From the NCBI GenBank assembly GCA_041687695.1, contig JAWLBL010000002.1, positions 262,761 to 326,760 of the forward strand: a DNA stretch of 64,000 nucleotides. Direction: 5' to 3'. The position numbers were made by a program, and so were the translations under genes. Shown here piece by piece: positions 9,100 through 17,683 of the stretch (positions are counted from its first letter, which is position 1; the number at the start of each line of letters is the position of its first letter). The notes below the pieces were generated by a model. That model saw only the letters and a program-made list of their open reading frames with translations, was not told the DNA's origin and made no database searches. The stretch is from Myxococcota bacterium. GTDB lineage: Bacteria > Myxococcota_A > UBA9042 > PHBI01 > JAWLBL01.

Positions 9100-10158
9100 T
9101 CAGCGGATGCGGATCGGCACGCCGAACGTGTCGCCGCGCGTGCCGATCTCAAGCGCCGACGTTCGATCGGAGACGGCGCCGAGGATCTTCTCCCACCCGC
9201 GGCCGCCCTTGGCGAGGATCGTGACCTGACCGTCGGCGATCTTGGTGTTGAGGCAGTGGGCGATGCGCCCGTCGGGATCGTGGTAGTTCACGCCGACGAA
9301 GCGCTCGGGCGGCGCCGTGAAGGTCGCCTCGAGGCGCCGGTCGCCCGCGGTCGCGCGCAGGCTCCAGGAGAGCCCCTCGGGCCGGCTGCGCGTGCCGACG
9401 AGCTGCGCGAAGCCGTTGAAGTCCAGGCGCTCGCCCGGGATGCGGGCGTGCACCACCGTCAGCAGCGGCGAGGTGATGGGCCCGAACTTCACCTTGGACG
9501 TGACCGCCTCGACCACCACGCCGTCGCAGCCCTCCCAGGCGTTGCAGTGCGCCCAGGTCCAGAACTCGGCCTGCTGCCGCCCCCAGTTGTGCCCCAGCAT
9601 GCCGGGCGCCCCCGACACCGGCACCCGCCGGCCCGCCACCTCGACCCAGCCCTCGAAGCGGCTGTCGATCTGCGGCGACGTCGCCTTGGTCTTCGGCACC
9701 GGCCCCTCGTACATCCACGCCGCGGGCAGGTGTCGGAAGCCTTCGTGCTCGGTCGTGTAGCTCAGGTCCCACGCGACGCGCTGGCCCGTCCGCTCGTCCT
9801 CGAGCGCCCCGGCCGTCCGCCCCTGCGCCCACTCGACGCCGCCCACCTTGGCGTACAGGCAGTCCCGCTCGATGTGCGCCTCGGACACCGGCCAGCTGGA
9901 CTTCAGCGCGACGTGCTCGCCGTCCGGGCCCAGCCCGAAGGCGATGGCCCACGCCTCGATGACCGTGTCGGGCCGCGCGCCGACCCGCCGCAGCAGCGTC
10001 AGCTTCAGCCACACGGCCCGCCCCTCGGGCAGGTTCAGCTTCACGAACAGGCTCTCGACGTGGCCGTGCGTGTCGCCCGGGCGCCAGCGCACGAGCGCGT
10101 CCTGCTCGGCCGGGGTCAGGTGCGTCGCGGCGTGGGCCGCGGCCGATGCCGTCCTCAT
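9100..10158 (-). CDS. Conserved hypothetical protein, possibly tocopherol-cyclase/AttH-like beta-barrel fold
   Basis: Start moved to ATG 10158. Trp-rich beta pattern with WDLSY and GHNWG...WTWAHC; fold assignment is inference. Confidence 0.6.
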   Translation of the reverse strand: MRTASAAAHAATHLTPAEQDALVRWRPGDTHGHVESLFVKLNLPEGRAVWLKLTLLRRVGARPDTVIEAWAIAFGLGPDGEHVALKSSWPVSEAHIERDCLYAKVGGVEWAQGRTAGALEDERTGQRVAWDLSYTTEHEGFRHLPAAWMYEGPVPKTKATSPQIDSRFEGWVEVAGRRVPVSGAPGMLGHNWGRQQAEFWTWAHCNAWEGCDGVVVEAVTSKVKFGPITSPLLTVVHARIPGERLDFNGFAQLVGTRSRPEGLSWSLRATAGDRRLEATFTAPPERFVGVNYHDPDGRIAHCLNTKIADGQVTILAKGGRGWEKILGAVSDRTSALEIGTRGDTFGVPIRIR

Positions 10159-10205
10159 GGGCTGCCTCCGCGCGGGCGGGTTCGAACCGGGGGGAGGCGC
10201 GCTGC

Positions 10206-11648
10206 TTACCGCGCCCGGCGCCGGACGCCAAGGGCGAAGCCGACCAGCAGACACAGCGCCCAGCCGAGCGCGCCCGCCGGGCCCCCGCCGCCCGCGCAGC
10301 CGTCGTCGGCCTGCTTGCCGCGGTTCGTCCCCTCGTCGAGCGCGACGTCGTCCGCGCCCTTGCTGTCCCCCTCGCCGTCCGGCGTCGGGCCCACGTCGGC
10401 GCCAGCGTCCGGCTCGGTCGGCCCCGCGTCGGGCTCGGGCTCGGGCTCGGGCTCGGGCGGGAAGCACCCGCCGGTGGGCTTGTCGGCCGAGTACTGGTGG
10501 CACTCGTACCCCGCCGGGCAGGTGTCCGGGTCGTCCACCTGGCACACCACCGTGCAGGCCTTCTTGTCACCCAGCGGCGTGGGCAGGCACAGCTTGCCGT
10601 CCGTGCACACGTCGGACGACGCGCACCCGAGCGGCCCCTCGCCGGGCTGCACGATGACGCCCGAGTCGGGCAGGCAGGCGCCCCACTTGGGGTGCGACTG
10701 GAACGGCCGGCAGGTGAACCCGTCCGGGCAGTCGGGCGAGGCCGACAGGCAATACTTGGCGCAGACGTAGCCGCCCGCCTGCTCCCAAGGCTGGCAGTAG
10801 TAGTCGCCGACGCAGTTCTCGTCGACCTCGCAGGCCTCGCCGATGTTGGCGATGCCCTGCTTGACCCAGGCGATGGCTCCGCAGGTGCCGGACTCGGCCA
10901 CGCAGGTCATCTGCCCCGAGTAGTACTCGTCGCCGTTGGCGTCGCGCGACATGATGTGGGGGCACTCGTCGTCGGACGCGCAGGCCAGCTCGCCCTGGGC
11001 GGGGTACAGGTAACAGGCGGCCATCTCGTCGTCGAAGTGGAGGTCTCGCGACTGCCCGTGGATGTTGGGCGTCATGGTCGGCACGTCGCCCCAGGGTGGG
11101 TACAGGAGGCTGTGCTGGACCCCGATCATGTGGCCGATCTCGTGGACCGCCACCGCCTCGAGGTCGGTCGTCCCCTGGCCGCCGCCGATCGACCACGTCT
11201 GCAGGTAGCCGTTGAAGGCGATGTCGGCCTCGTAGATCTGGCCACCGCTGCCGTGCAGCGGGGCGGTCACGCCGAGCGTGTTCTTGCCGAAGGTCCAGGC
11301 GGCGTCCTCGAGGAAGACCAGCTCGTTCTTGCCGTTGGGCGCGGCCCCGGCGAGCAGGTTCACCTTGGGGTTGGGCGCGTCGCCCAGCTCCTCGAAGGTG
11401 ACGTCGGCGCACGCGACGTCGGCCCAGCTGGCGAAGCCGGCGCGGACGGCGGCCAGGCAGACCTCGGGCTCGAGGTCGTCCGAGCACGCGAGCTGCAGGT
11501 GGTAGACGACCTCGGGGGTCGGCCAGCGCACCACCGAGCCGTCGGAGGCCAGGTTGACGGCGTACGCGTGCGCCCGCGGGGCGTGCGCGAGGAGGGCCAG
11601 CGCGGCGCAGGCGACGGCGCAGGCGAGCGGAGCGGCAGAGCGGTTCAT
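10206..11648 (-). CDS. Matrixin-family (M10-like) zinc metalloprotease with Cys-rich region and MYXO-CTERM
   Basis: Signal peptide ending AHA; HEIGHMIGVQH zinc motif; Met-turn TMTP; PEPEPEPEP linker; DGC-TM-RRRAR tail. Confidence 0.9.
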   Translation of the reverse strand: MNRSAAPLACAVACAALALLAHAPRAHAYAVNLASDGSVVRWPTPEVVYHLQLACSDDLEPEVCLAAVRAGFASWADVACADVTFEELGDAPNPKVNLLAGAAPNGKNELVFLEDAAWTFGKNTLGVTAPLHGSGGQIYEADIAFNGYLQTWSIGGGQGTTDLEAVAVHEIGHMIGVQHSLLYPPWGDVPTMTPNIHGQSRDLHFDDEMAACYLYPAQGELACASDDECPHIMSRDANGDEYYSGQMTCVAESGTCGAIAWVKQGIANIGEACEVDENCVGDYYCQPWEQAGGYVCAKYCLSASPDCPDGFTCRPFQSHPKWGACLPDSGVIVQPGEGPLGCASSDVCTDGKLCLPTPLGDKKACTVVCQVDDPDTCPAGYECHQYSADKPTGGCFPPEPEPEPEPDAGPTEPDAGADVGPTPDGEGDSKGADDVALDEGTNRGKQADDGCAGGGGPAGALGWALCLLVGFALGVRRRAR

Positions 11649-11858
11649 GGCGCGGCAGCGTAGCACGGGCGGCGCCGTCGACGCGATCGGGGCGGCCCGG
11701 TCCGGGTTCGAACTTTGGAACGATCCCCGCCGACGGCGCGGCTCGTCGGGCCGGGCGGCGCGGCGTCCGGGTCGCACCTCGGTGACGGCCGCCGCGGGTG
11801 TTGTGCCGGACGGCGCGCGTGTGCTAGCAAGCGCGCCGTGGACTCGGAGGCCCCAAGC

Positions 11859-14315
11859 GTGCGGAAACTCCTGACTTGTTTCGCGGTGATGGCGCTCGTG
11901 GCCCCCGCCTGCGCCGAGCGCCACGAGCCGCCGGTCACGGCCGGTCGGGACATCCGGCTCAGTATCCTGCACACGACCGACATCCACTCGCGCCTGCTGC
12001 CCTACGACATGCAGGTCCTCGCGGGCGACCGGGATCTCGGCCTGCACCCCGACCACGGGCCCTTCGGCGGCATCGCCCGCATGGCCCACATCATCCAGCG
12101 CGAGCGCGCCCGCGCCGCCCGCTCGATCTACGTCGACTCGGGCGACTGCTTCCAGGGCGCCCCCATCTTCAACGCCTTCCTGGGCGAGGCCGAGCAGCGC
12201 GCCCTGTCGCAGCTGCGCCCCGACGCGGTCGTCATCGGCAACCACGAGTTCGACGAGGGCATCAACAACTACGTCGCCCAGCTCAAGCAGTGGGCGACCT
12301 ACCCGGTCGTCGCCGCCAACTACCTCTTCGAGCCGGGCAACCCGCTGGGCGAGATCGCCAAGCCCGTCGAGATCATCAACGCCGACGGCCTGAAGATCGG
12401 CATCATCGGCATCGCCAACTTCTCGTCGATCACCTCGATCACCGAGGTCGGCAACTCGCTGGGCATCATCCCGCTCGAGATCACGCGCATCGTCCAGGAC
12501 TGGATCGACATCCTCGAGCCGCACGTCGACCTCATCGTCGCCGTCAGCCACGCCGGCCTCACCGAGGACGAGCGCATCATCCAGCAGACCCGCGGCCTCG
12601 ACATCATCATGGGCGGCCACCTGCACATCGTCCTGGCCCCGCCCAAGGTCGTCAAAGACCTGGACGGCCGCGACGTCATCCTGGCCCACTCCGGCGCCTT
12701 CGCGAAGTTCGTCGGCAAGCTCGACGTGGTCGTCCGCGACGGCGACGTCATCGCCCACGACTACGAGGTCTTCCCCATCGACAGCCGGGTCCCCGAGGAC
12801 CCGCAGATGCTGCAGCTCATCGAGCCCTATCGCCTCGAGCTCCACCAGCTCATCGATCTCCAGAGCGTCTACGGCTACGCGTCCAAGCTCATCCGCCGCT
12901 TCGGCTTCGACGGCGGCGACTCGCCCCTGGGCAACCTGGTCGCCGAGGCCATCCGCCAGTACGCCCGCGCCGACTTCGCGATGACCAACTCGCTGGGCAT
13001 CCGCACCGACCTCAACCCCGGCGCCGTCACCCTCGACCAGCTCTACAACATCTTCCCGTTCAACAACTACGTCACGACGATGTACCTGTCGGGCGCCGAC
13101 ATCCAGGAGCTGCTCGACTTCGTCACCCTGCGCTCGGCCGGCCGCGGCTGCGCCACCCAGGTGCAGGTCTCGGGCATCGAGTTCGTCATGGACTGCCGCT
13201 CCGCCCCGGCGGACTGCACCAAGGACTGCCCGCCCCGCGCGACCGACATCTTCTTCACCGACTGCGGCGACCCGACGGTGGTCGACAAGACCGGCTGCGC
13301 GCGCATCCCGCTCGACCACGACGCCGTCTACGAGATGGCCACCAACGACTACATCGCGCGCGGCGGGTCGGGCTTCACGGTCCTGCAGATCAACAACACG
13401 CAGGTCATCACCGACGTGGCGCTGCGCGACGCCGTGCTCGAGCGGGTCATCCGCAGCCCGATGTGCGTCGAGGACTGCCGACGCGCCGACGGGTCGCTGC
13501 TGCTCGAGGGCTGCGTGGCCTACGAGTCGTGCGTGGGCGAGGTCGCCGACTTCTACGCGCGGCGCTGCGAGGGCGCGACCGACACGGCGCCCCAGCGGCT
13601 CGACCCGGTCTCGTTCTGCGGCGTGGATCTCGGCGGCAGCTGCGCGGCGACGATGGACTGCTACGCGCACGACGGCTGCACCGCCGAGACCTGCACGCCG
13701 TGCAAGAACACCGCGCAGTGCGCCGCGGCGGGCGAGGGGCTGGCCTGCGTCGGCGGCTTCTGCCGGCCCGAGGGCGTGGCCTGCGTGTCGCGTCGCTGCC
13801 AGCGGACCTGCGCGGTCGACGCCGACTGCCCGGGGGCGGCGCTGGCCGAGGCGACCGGACAGGCCGTGTGCGTCGGTGGCGTCTGCCAGCCGCGGCCGGG
13901 CGCGCCGTGCGACGACGATCGCGCCTGCGTCGACGCCGAGCTGGTCTGCGCCGGCGACCGCTGCAGCCCCTGCCAGGGCTCGTGGGACTGCGGAGATGGC
14001 GAGCTGTGCGTCGACGGGGCGTGCGTCGTCTCGCTGGCCATCTGCGCCGACCACCGCTGCCGCACGCGCTGCGAGGCCGACGCCGAGTGCATGCCCGGCG
14101 AGGTCTGCGCCGAGCCCGGCCTGTGCGTCCCGGCGACCTGCGTCGGCGGGCAGGACCCCCAGACGGCCTGCGAGATCTACGGGGCGTGGCGCGCCGCCGA
14201 GCGCTGCCTGACCGTCCCCTGCCCGTCGGCCGAGTCCGACGGGCGCATCGGGCGCATCCTCCCCGAGAACCTCGAGGAGCTGCCCACCGACGGCAACCCG
14301 GACGACCCGCTGTGA
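11859..14315 (+). CDS. Bifunctional metallophosphatase/5'-nucleotidase lipoprotein with large Cys-rich insert
   Basis: GGAGG at 11846 then GTG 11859; lipobox APAC; DIH, GDCFQG, GNHEFD, SHAG and GGHLH; C-domain SPLGNLVAEA and ATNDYIARGGSGF. Confidence 0.9.
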   Translation: MRKLLTCFAVMALVAPACAERHEPPVTAGRDIRLSILHTTDIHSRLLPYDMQVLAGDRDLGLHPDHGPFGGIARMAHIIQRERARAARSIYVDSGDCFQGAPIFNAFLGEAEQRALSQLRPDAVVIGNHEFDEGINNYVAQLKQWATYPVVAANYLFEPGNPLGEIAKPVEIINADGLKIGIIGIANFSSITSITEVGNSLGIIPLEITRIVQDWIDILEPHVDLIVAVSHAGLTEDERIIQQTRGLDIIMGGHLHIVLAPPKVVKDLDGRDVILAHSGAFAKFVGKLDVVVRDGDVIAHDYEVFPIDSRVPEDPQMLQLIEPYRLELHQLIDLQSVYGYASKLIRRFGFDGGDSPLGNLVAEAIRQYARADFAMTNSLGIRTDLNPGAVTLDQLYNIFPFNNYVTTMYLSGADIQELLDFVTLRSAGRGCATQVQVSGIEFVMDCRSAPADCTKDCPPRATDIFFTDCGDPTVVDKTGCARIPLDHDAVYEMATNDYIARGGSGFTVLQINNTQVITDVALRDAVLERVIRSPMCVEDCRRADGSLLLEGCVAYESCVGEVADFYARRCEGATDTAPQRLDPVSFCGVDLGGSCAATMDCYAHDGCTAETCTPCKNTAQCAAAGEGLACVGGFCRPEGVACVSRRCQRTCAVDADCPGAALAEATGQAVCVGGVCQPRPGAPCDDDRACVDAELVCAGDRCSPCQGSWDCGDGELCVDGACVVSLAICADHRCRTRCEADAECMPGEVCAEPGLCVPATCVGGQDPQTACEIYGAWRAAERCLTVPCPSAESDGRIGRILPENLEELPTDGNPDDPL

Positions 14316-14365
14316 GCGCCGCCGGCCCCGCCCCCACCCCCGCCGCCACGCTCGGAGGCGCCCTC

Positions 14366-15877
14366 ATGCGTTCGGCGCTGCTGTCCACGCTGGCCCTCGC
14401 CTTCGCCGCCAGTGGCTGCGTCGAGGAGCACCCGCTCGTCAACGATCTGATGAGCTTCGAGGTGACCTTCGCCGCGTCGCGCCCCGACCAGCCGACCGGG
14501 GCGCCGGGCGCGCCGCTGGCCTACGTCGCCGGGACCTCGTGCGCCCCGAGCTGCGCCGACGGCCAGGTGTGCGTCGGCGGCCAGTGCGCCTGGGAGGTCC
14601 TGCTGGACGTGCAGGCCATCGGGCGCGACGGCCACCCCTTCCCGTACCGCGGCCCGGTGCACGTGCGCACGACGCCGGGCATCGTGGTCGGCGCGACCGA
14701 CGTGATGATGATGGACGGCGGCCGCCTCGAGGGCGTCGCGGTGCACATCGCGCAGGGCCTCGGGCCCACCCACGTCTGGTTCGAGGCCGACGGCTTCCAG
14801 CCCAAGGGCCAGGACTACGGTCAGTGCAACGACGGCATCGACAACGACGGCAACGGGCTCATCGACCTCGCCGACCCGGGCTGCTCGGGCGCCGACGACG
14901 ACCTCGAGGCGCCCGTCACCCTGTCGACCGGCGTGTCGCCGACCCTGTTCTTCGACGACCCCACCGTCCGCGACGTCCAGTTCACCTCGCTGCTGTCGAC
15001 CAGCCCGCTGGTCGGCCGCCAGGTCCGCGTCAGCAAGGGCACGCTGGTCGTGACGAACGTCGTCTCGAACGGCTTCTACGTCGCCGATCTCCGCGACAAC
15101 ACGCCCGAGCGCCTGTTCAACGCGATGTTCGTCTTCACCTTCTCCAAGCCCGAGGGCGTCGACTACGGCGATCACCTGTGCGGCTTCTCGGGCGCCGTGC
15201 AGGAGCACGTCGGCCAGACGCAGGTCGTCTTCCCCAGCTACGAGCTGTACTACCCGTCCAACCCGGCCTGCGAGGACTTCGACGGCCTCGATCCCAAGGC
15301 CAAGGTCCCCGATCCCTGGCCGGTCACCGAGCTCCTGCTGCCCGAGGACCCCACCTCCGGCAACTATCTCACCAACGTCTACGCCAACAGCCGCCTGCTC
15401 GAGGCCTACGAGGGCAACCTCGTGACCTACAGCGACGTCGAGGTCTCGACCCGCTTCATCGCCTGCGACAAGAACGGCAACGGCCGCATCGACAGCGGCA
15501 CCCCCGAGTTCGCCTGCCGCAAGGCGTGCCAGGAGGAGCCGCTGTGCTCGGACCTCGAGGGCTACTTCGAGTACGCGCAGTACGCGGGGATGACCGGCGG
15601 CAAGAAGAAGATCTACGGCTCGCTGGTCCTCGCCGACAAGTTCAAGCCGCTGGACATCGGCTTCATCGGGGCCGAGGACGCCGGCGGCCGCTGCACCCTC
15701 GAGACCACCGAAGAGGGCTTCCTCCAGTACCTGTGCCCGCCCGTGACCCTCGAGTCGCTGACCGGCTCGCTGCGCCACATCTACCTGTGCGGCGCCGGCA
15801 GCGACGAGTCGCGCTGCAACCTGCAGTTCTGGGTCCTCGACCCCCGCTTCGACGGCGACGTGAAGGTCGCCGAGTGA
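14366..15877 (+). CDS. Cys-containing lipoprotein with a YhcR/ExeM-like OB-fold
   Basis: GGAGG then ATG; lipobox ASGC; VVTNVVSNGFYVAD...MFVF...GD...GAVQEHVGQTQV resembles nuclease-associated OB-folds. Confidence 0.7.
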   Translation: MRSALLSTLALAFAASGCVEEHPLVNDLMSFEVTFAASRPDQPTGAPGAPLAYVAGTSCAPSCADGQVCVGGQCAWEVLLDVQAIGRDGHPFPYRGPVHVRTTPGIVVGATDVMMMDGGRLEGVAVHIAQGLGPTHVWFEADGFQPKGQDYGQCNDGIDNDGNGLIDLADPGCSGADDDLEAPVTLSTGVSPTLFFDDPTVRDVQFTSLLSTSPLVGRQVRVSKGTLVVTNVVSNGFYVADLRDNTPERLFNAMFVFTFSKPEGVDYGDHLCGFSGAVQEHVGQTQVVFPSYELYYPSNPACEDFDGLDPKAKVPDPWPVTELLLPEDPTSGNYLTNVYANSRLLEAYEGNLVTYSDVEVSTRFIACDKNGNGRIDSGTPEFACRKACQEEPLCSDLEGYFEYAQYAGMTGGKKKIYGSLVLADKFKPLDIGFIGAEDAGGRCTLETTEEGFLQYLCPPVTLESLTGSLRHIYLCGAGSDESRCNLQFWVLDPRFDGDVKVAE

Positions 15878-17598
15878 TGACCGCATCCCCCGCGCCGCGG
15901 CCCCTCGTGCCCGGCCCAGCTGGAGCCCGCTTCATGCGCCAGACCCTCGTCCGCTCGGTCCTCGCCGGCTGCCTCGCCGCCCTGGCGCCCGCCGCCCTCG
16001 CCCAGGAGCCGGCCGCCCACGCCGCCGCCGGCCCCACCGTCGCGGCCGCCGAGGGCGACCCGGACGGCTCGACCTTCGTGCGCGACGAGGCGACCCCCGA
16101 CTTCACCCCGAAGTCCATGCCGTCCGCCTTCGACAAGATCCTCATCCAGCTCAACTGGGGCGACGACAACCTGCTGCTCGGCGCCGGCGAGACCCGCGAG
16201 AGCAGCCCCGAGCCGAACTTCGGCCGCTGCGCCCGCACGCAGATCGACGGCATCCCGCGCCGCGACTGCTCGGCCGGCTCGAGCCGCCTCGGCCTGTACA
16301 AGAGCGTCGACATCGGCGACGGCCTGACCGCCACCGGCGCCCTCGTCATCGGCCTGGGCCTTGTCACCGACCCCGAGTCGTCCAAGGCCGGCTCGGTGAA
16401 CCTGTTCGACCTCGGCTCCTACGTCCGCCTGTCCAAGGGCTTCGGCGCCGAGCGACGCAACAGCCTGTACGCCGAGCTCTTCCCGGTCGACGCGCGCCCG
16501 ATGGTGCTGGGCTTCCACCCCGACCTCGAGTGGGGCACCAAGGACGAGTTCCCCAAGAACTTCCGCCGCGGCCAGGCGCCCGGCCTGCGCCTGGGCTTCG
16601 ACTCGCCCGGCTTCTATGCCTTCGTCGGCGCCAAGAGCGCGCTCATCAAGAGCCCGCTCGCGCGCGAGCTCGAGAACGAGGGCGGCAACACCATCCTGTT
16701 CTCGACCCGCACCTTCTACGGCTTCCTCGGCGGCTTCGGCGTCGGCGGCCAGGAGGGCCTGACCCTCGAGGCCAACGGCGGCTTCTTCCACAAGGGCACG
16801 CTCACCAAGGAGGGCGTGCTGGGCGACGACATCCTGTCGGGCGGCGGCTCGGTGCGCCTGGCCTGGCAGCAGGGCGACCCCATCGGCCGCCGCATCGACA
16901 GCGGCCTGTATCAGCGCTCGGCGGTCGGCGCGCAGATCGTCACGCCCGAGACCTATGGTCTGAAGCCCGCCTGGAACGCCTCGGCCGAGGGCTCGCTGCG
17001 CGTGCAGTCGCTGGCCGACTTCGAGCGGCCCGAGTCGACCGCCCTCGAGTCGGCCTACGCCGGCCACGTCGGCTTCAAGATGAAGGTCGGCAAGACCCGC
17101 GCCTACTTCGAGGGGCGCGCCCGCTCGCTCACCTTCATCACCGCCGAGGTCCCGGGCTTCTTCCCCTACTCGACCCTGCCCGAGTCGGCCGAGACGACCC
17201 CCGAGCTGCAGGGCCTCGTGTCCGTCGACCACAAGCTGGGCGACGTCACCGTGGCCGTCACGGGCGGCCTGCGCATGCCGGCCATCTACCGCGGCCTGCC
17301 GGTGCAGGGCGGCGGCGACGACCCGGCCTCGGCCGGCATCCGCACGGTCGTCGTCTCGGACGCCGAAGCCGGCGGCTGGTACATCCTGCCCGAGGGGGAC
17401 GAGGAGGGCCTGGTCTTCTGGACCAAGCTCGGCGCCAAGTGGCAGCCGGTCACCGAGTTCGCCCTGCTGGGCGAGGTGCTGCTGGGCCGCGACCCGAACC
17501 GCACCCAGATCGAGCGCGACGCCTTCGGCCACGCCCTGCGCGTGTACACCGAGTCGAACGTGCTGGGCGTGAACGTCCTGGGGCAGTTCCTCTTCTGA
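15877..17598 (+). CDS. Putative outer-membrane beta-barrel protein (alternative start 15934)
   Basis: TGATG overlap with the upstream gene; signal ending ALA-Q; amphipathic strands; terminal GQFLF. Confidence 0.7.
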   Translation: MTASPAPRPLVPGPAGARFMRQTLVRSVLAGCLAALAPAALAQEPAAHAAAGPTVAAAEGDPDGSTFVRDEATPDFTPKSMPSAFDKILIQLNWGDDNLLLGAGETRESSPEPNFGRCARTQIDGIPRRDCSAGSSRLGLYKSVDIGDGLTATGALVIGLGLVTDPESSKAGSVNLFDLGSYVRLSKGFGAERRNSLYAELFPVDARPMVLGFHPDLEWGTKDEFPKNFRRGQAPGLRLGFDSPGFYAFVGAKSALIKSPLARELENEGGNTILFSTRTFYGFLGGFGVGGQEGLTLEANGGFFHKGTLTKEGVLGDDILSGGGSVRLAWQQGDPIGRRIDSGLYQRSAVGAQIVTPETYGLKPAWNASAEGSLRVQSLADFERPESTALESAYAGHVGFKMKVGKTRAYFEGRARSLTFITAEVPGFFPYSTLPESAETTPELQGLVSVDHKLGDVTVAVTGGLRMPAIYRGLPVQGGGDDPASAGIRTVVVSDAEAGGWYILPEGDEEGLVFWTKLGAKWQPVTEFALLGEVLLGRDPNRTQIERDAFGHALRVYTESNVLGVNVLGQFLF

Positions 17599-17683
17599 TT
17601 CCTCCGCCGACGCGCTCGCGGCCGCCCGGTTTGCGGCCGTGGGCGACGCGGCTACGCTCGTCGTCATCCTCAGGAGGCCGACG

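Noticed and set aside
11700..11720. GGTTCGAA as a tRNA T-loop (also GGTGGCCGAG near 44724)
   Set aside because: No cloverleaf, acceptor stem or anticodon arm could be built.
10206..14054. Long ORF-track N-terminal extensions (also 11876, 14539, 52985, 59370)
   Set aside because: True starts lie downstream, marked by RBS, signal peptides or family N-termini. The extensions are shadows of neighbouring genes, not fusions.
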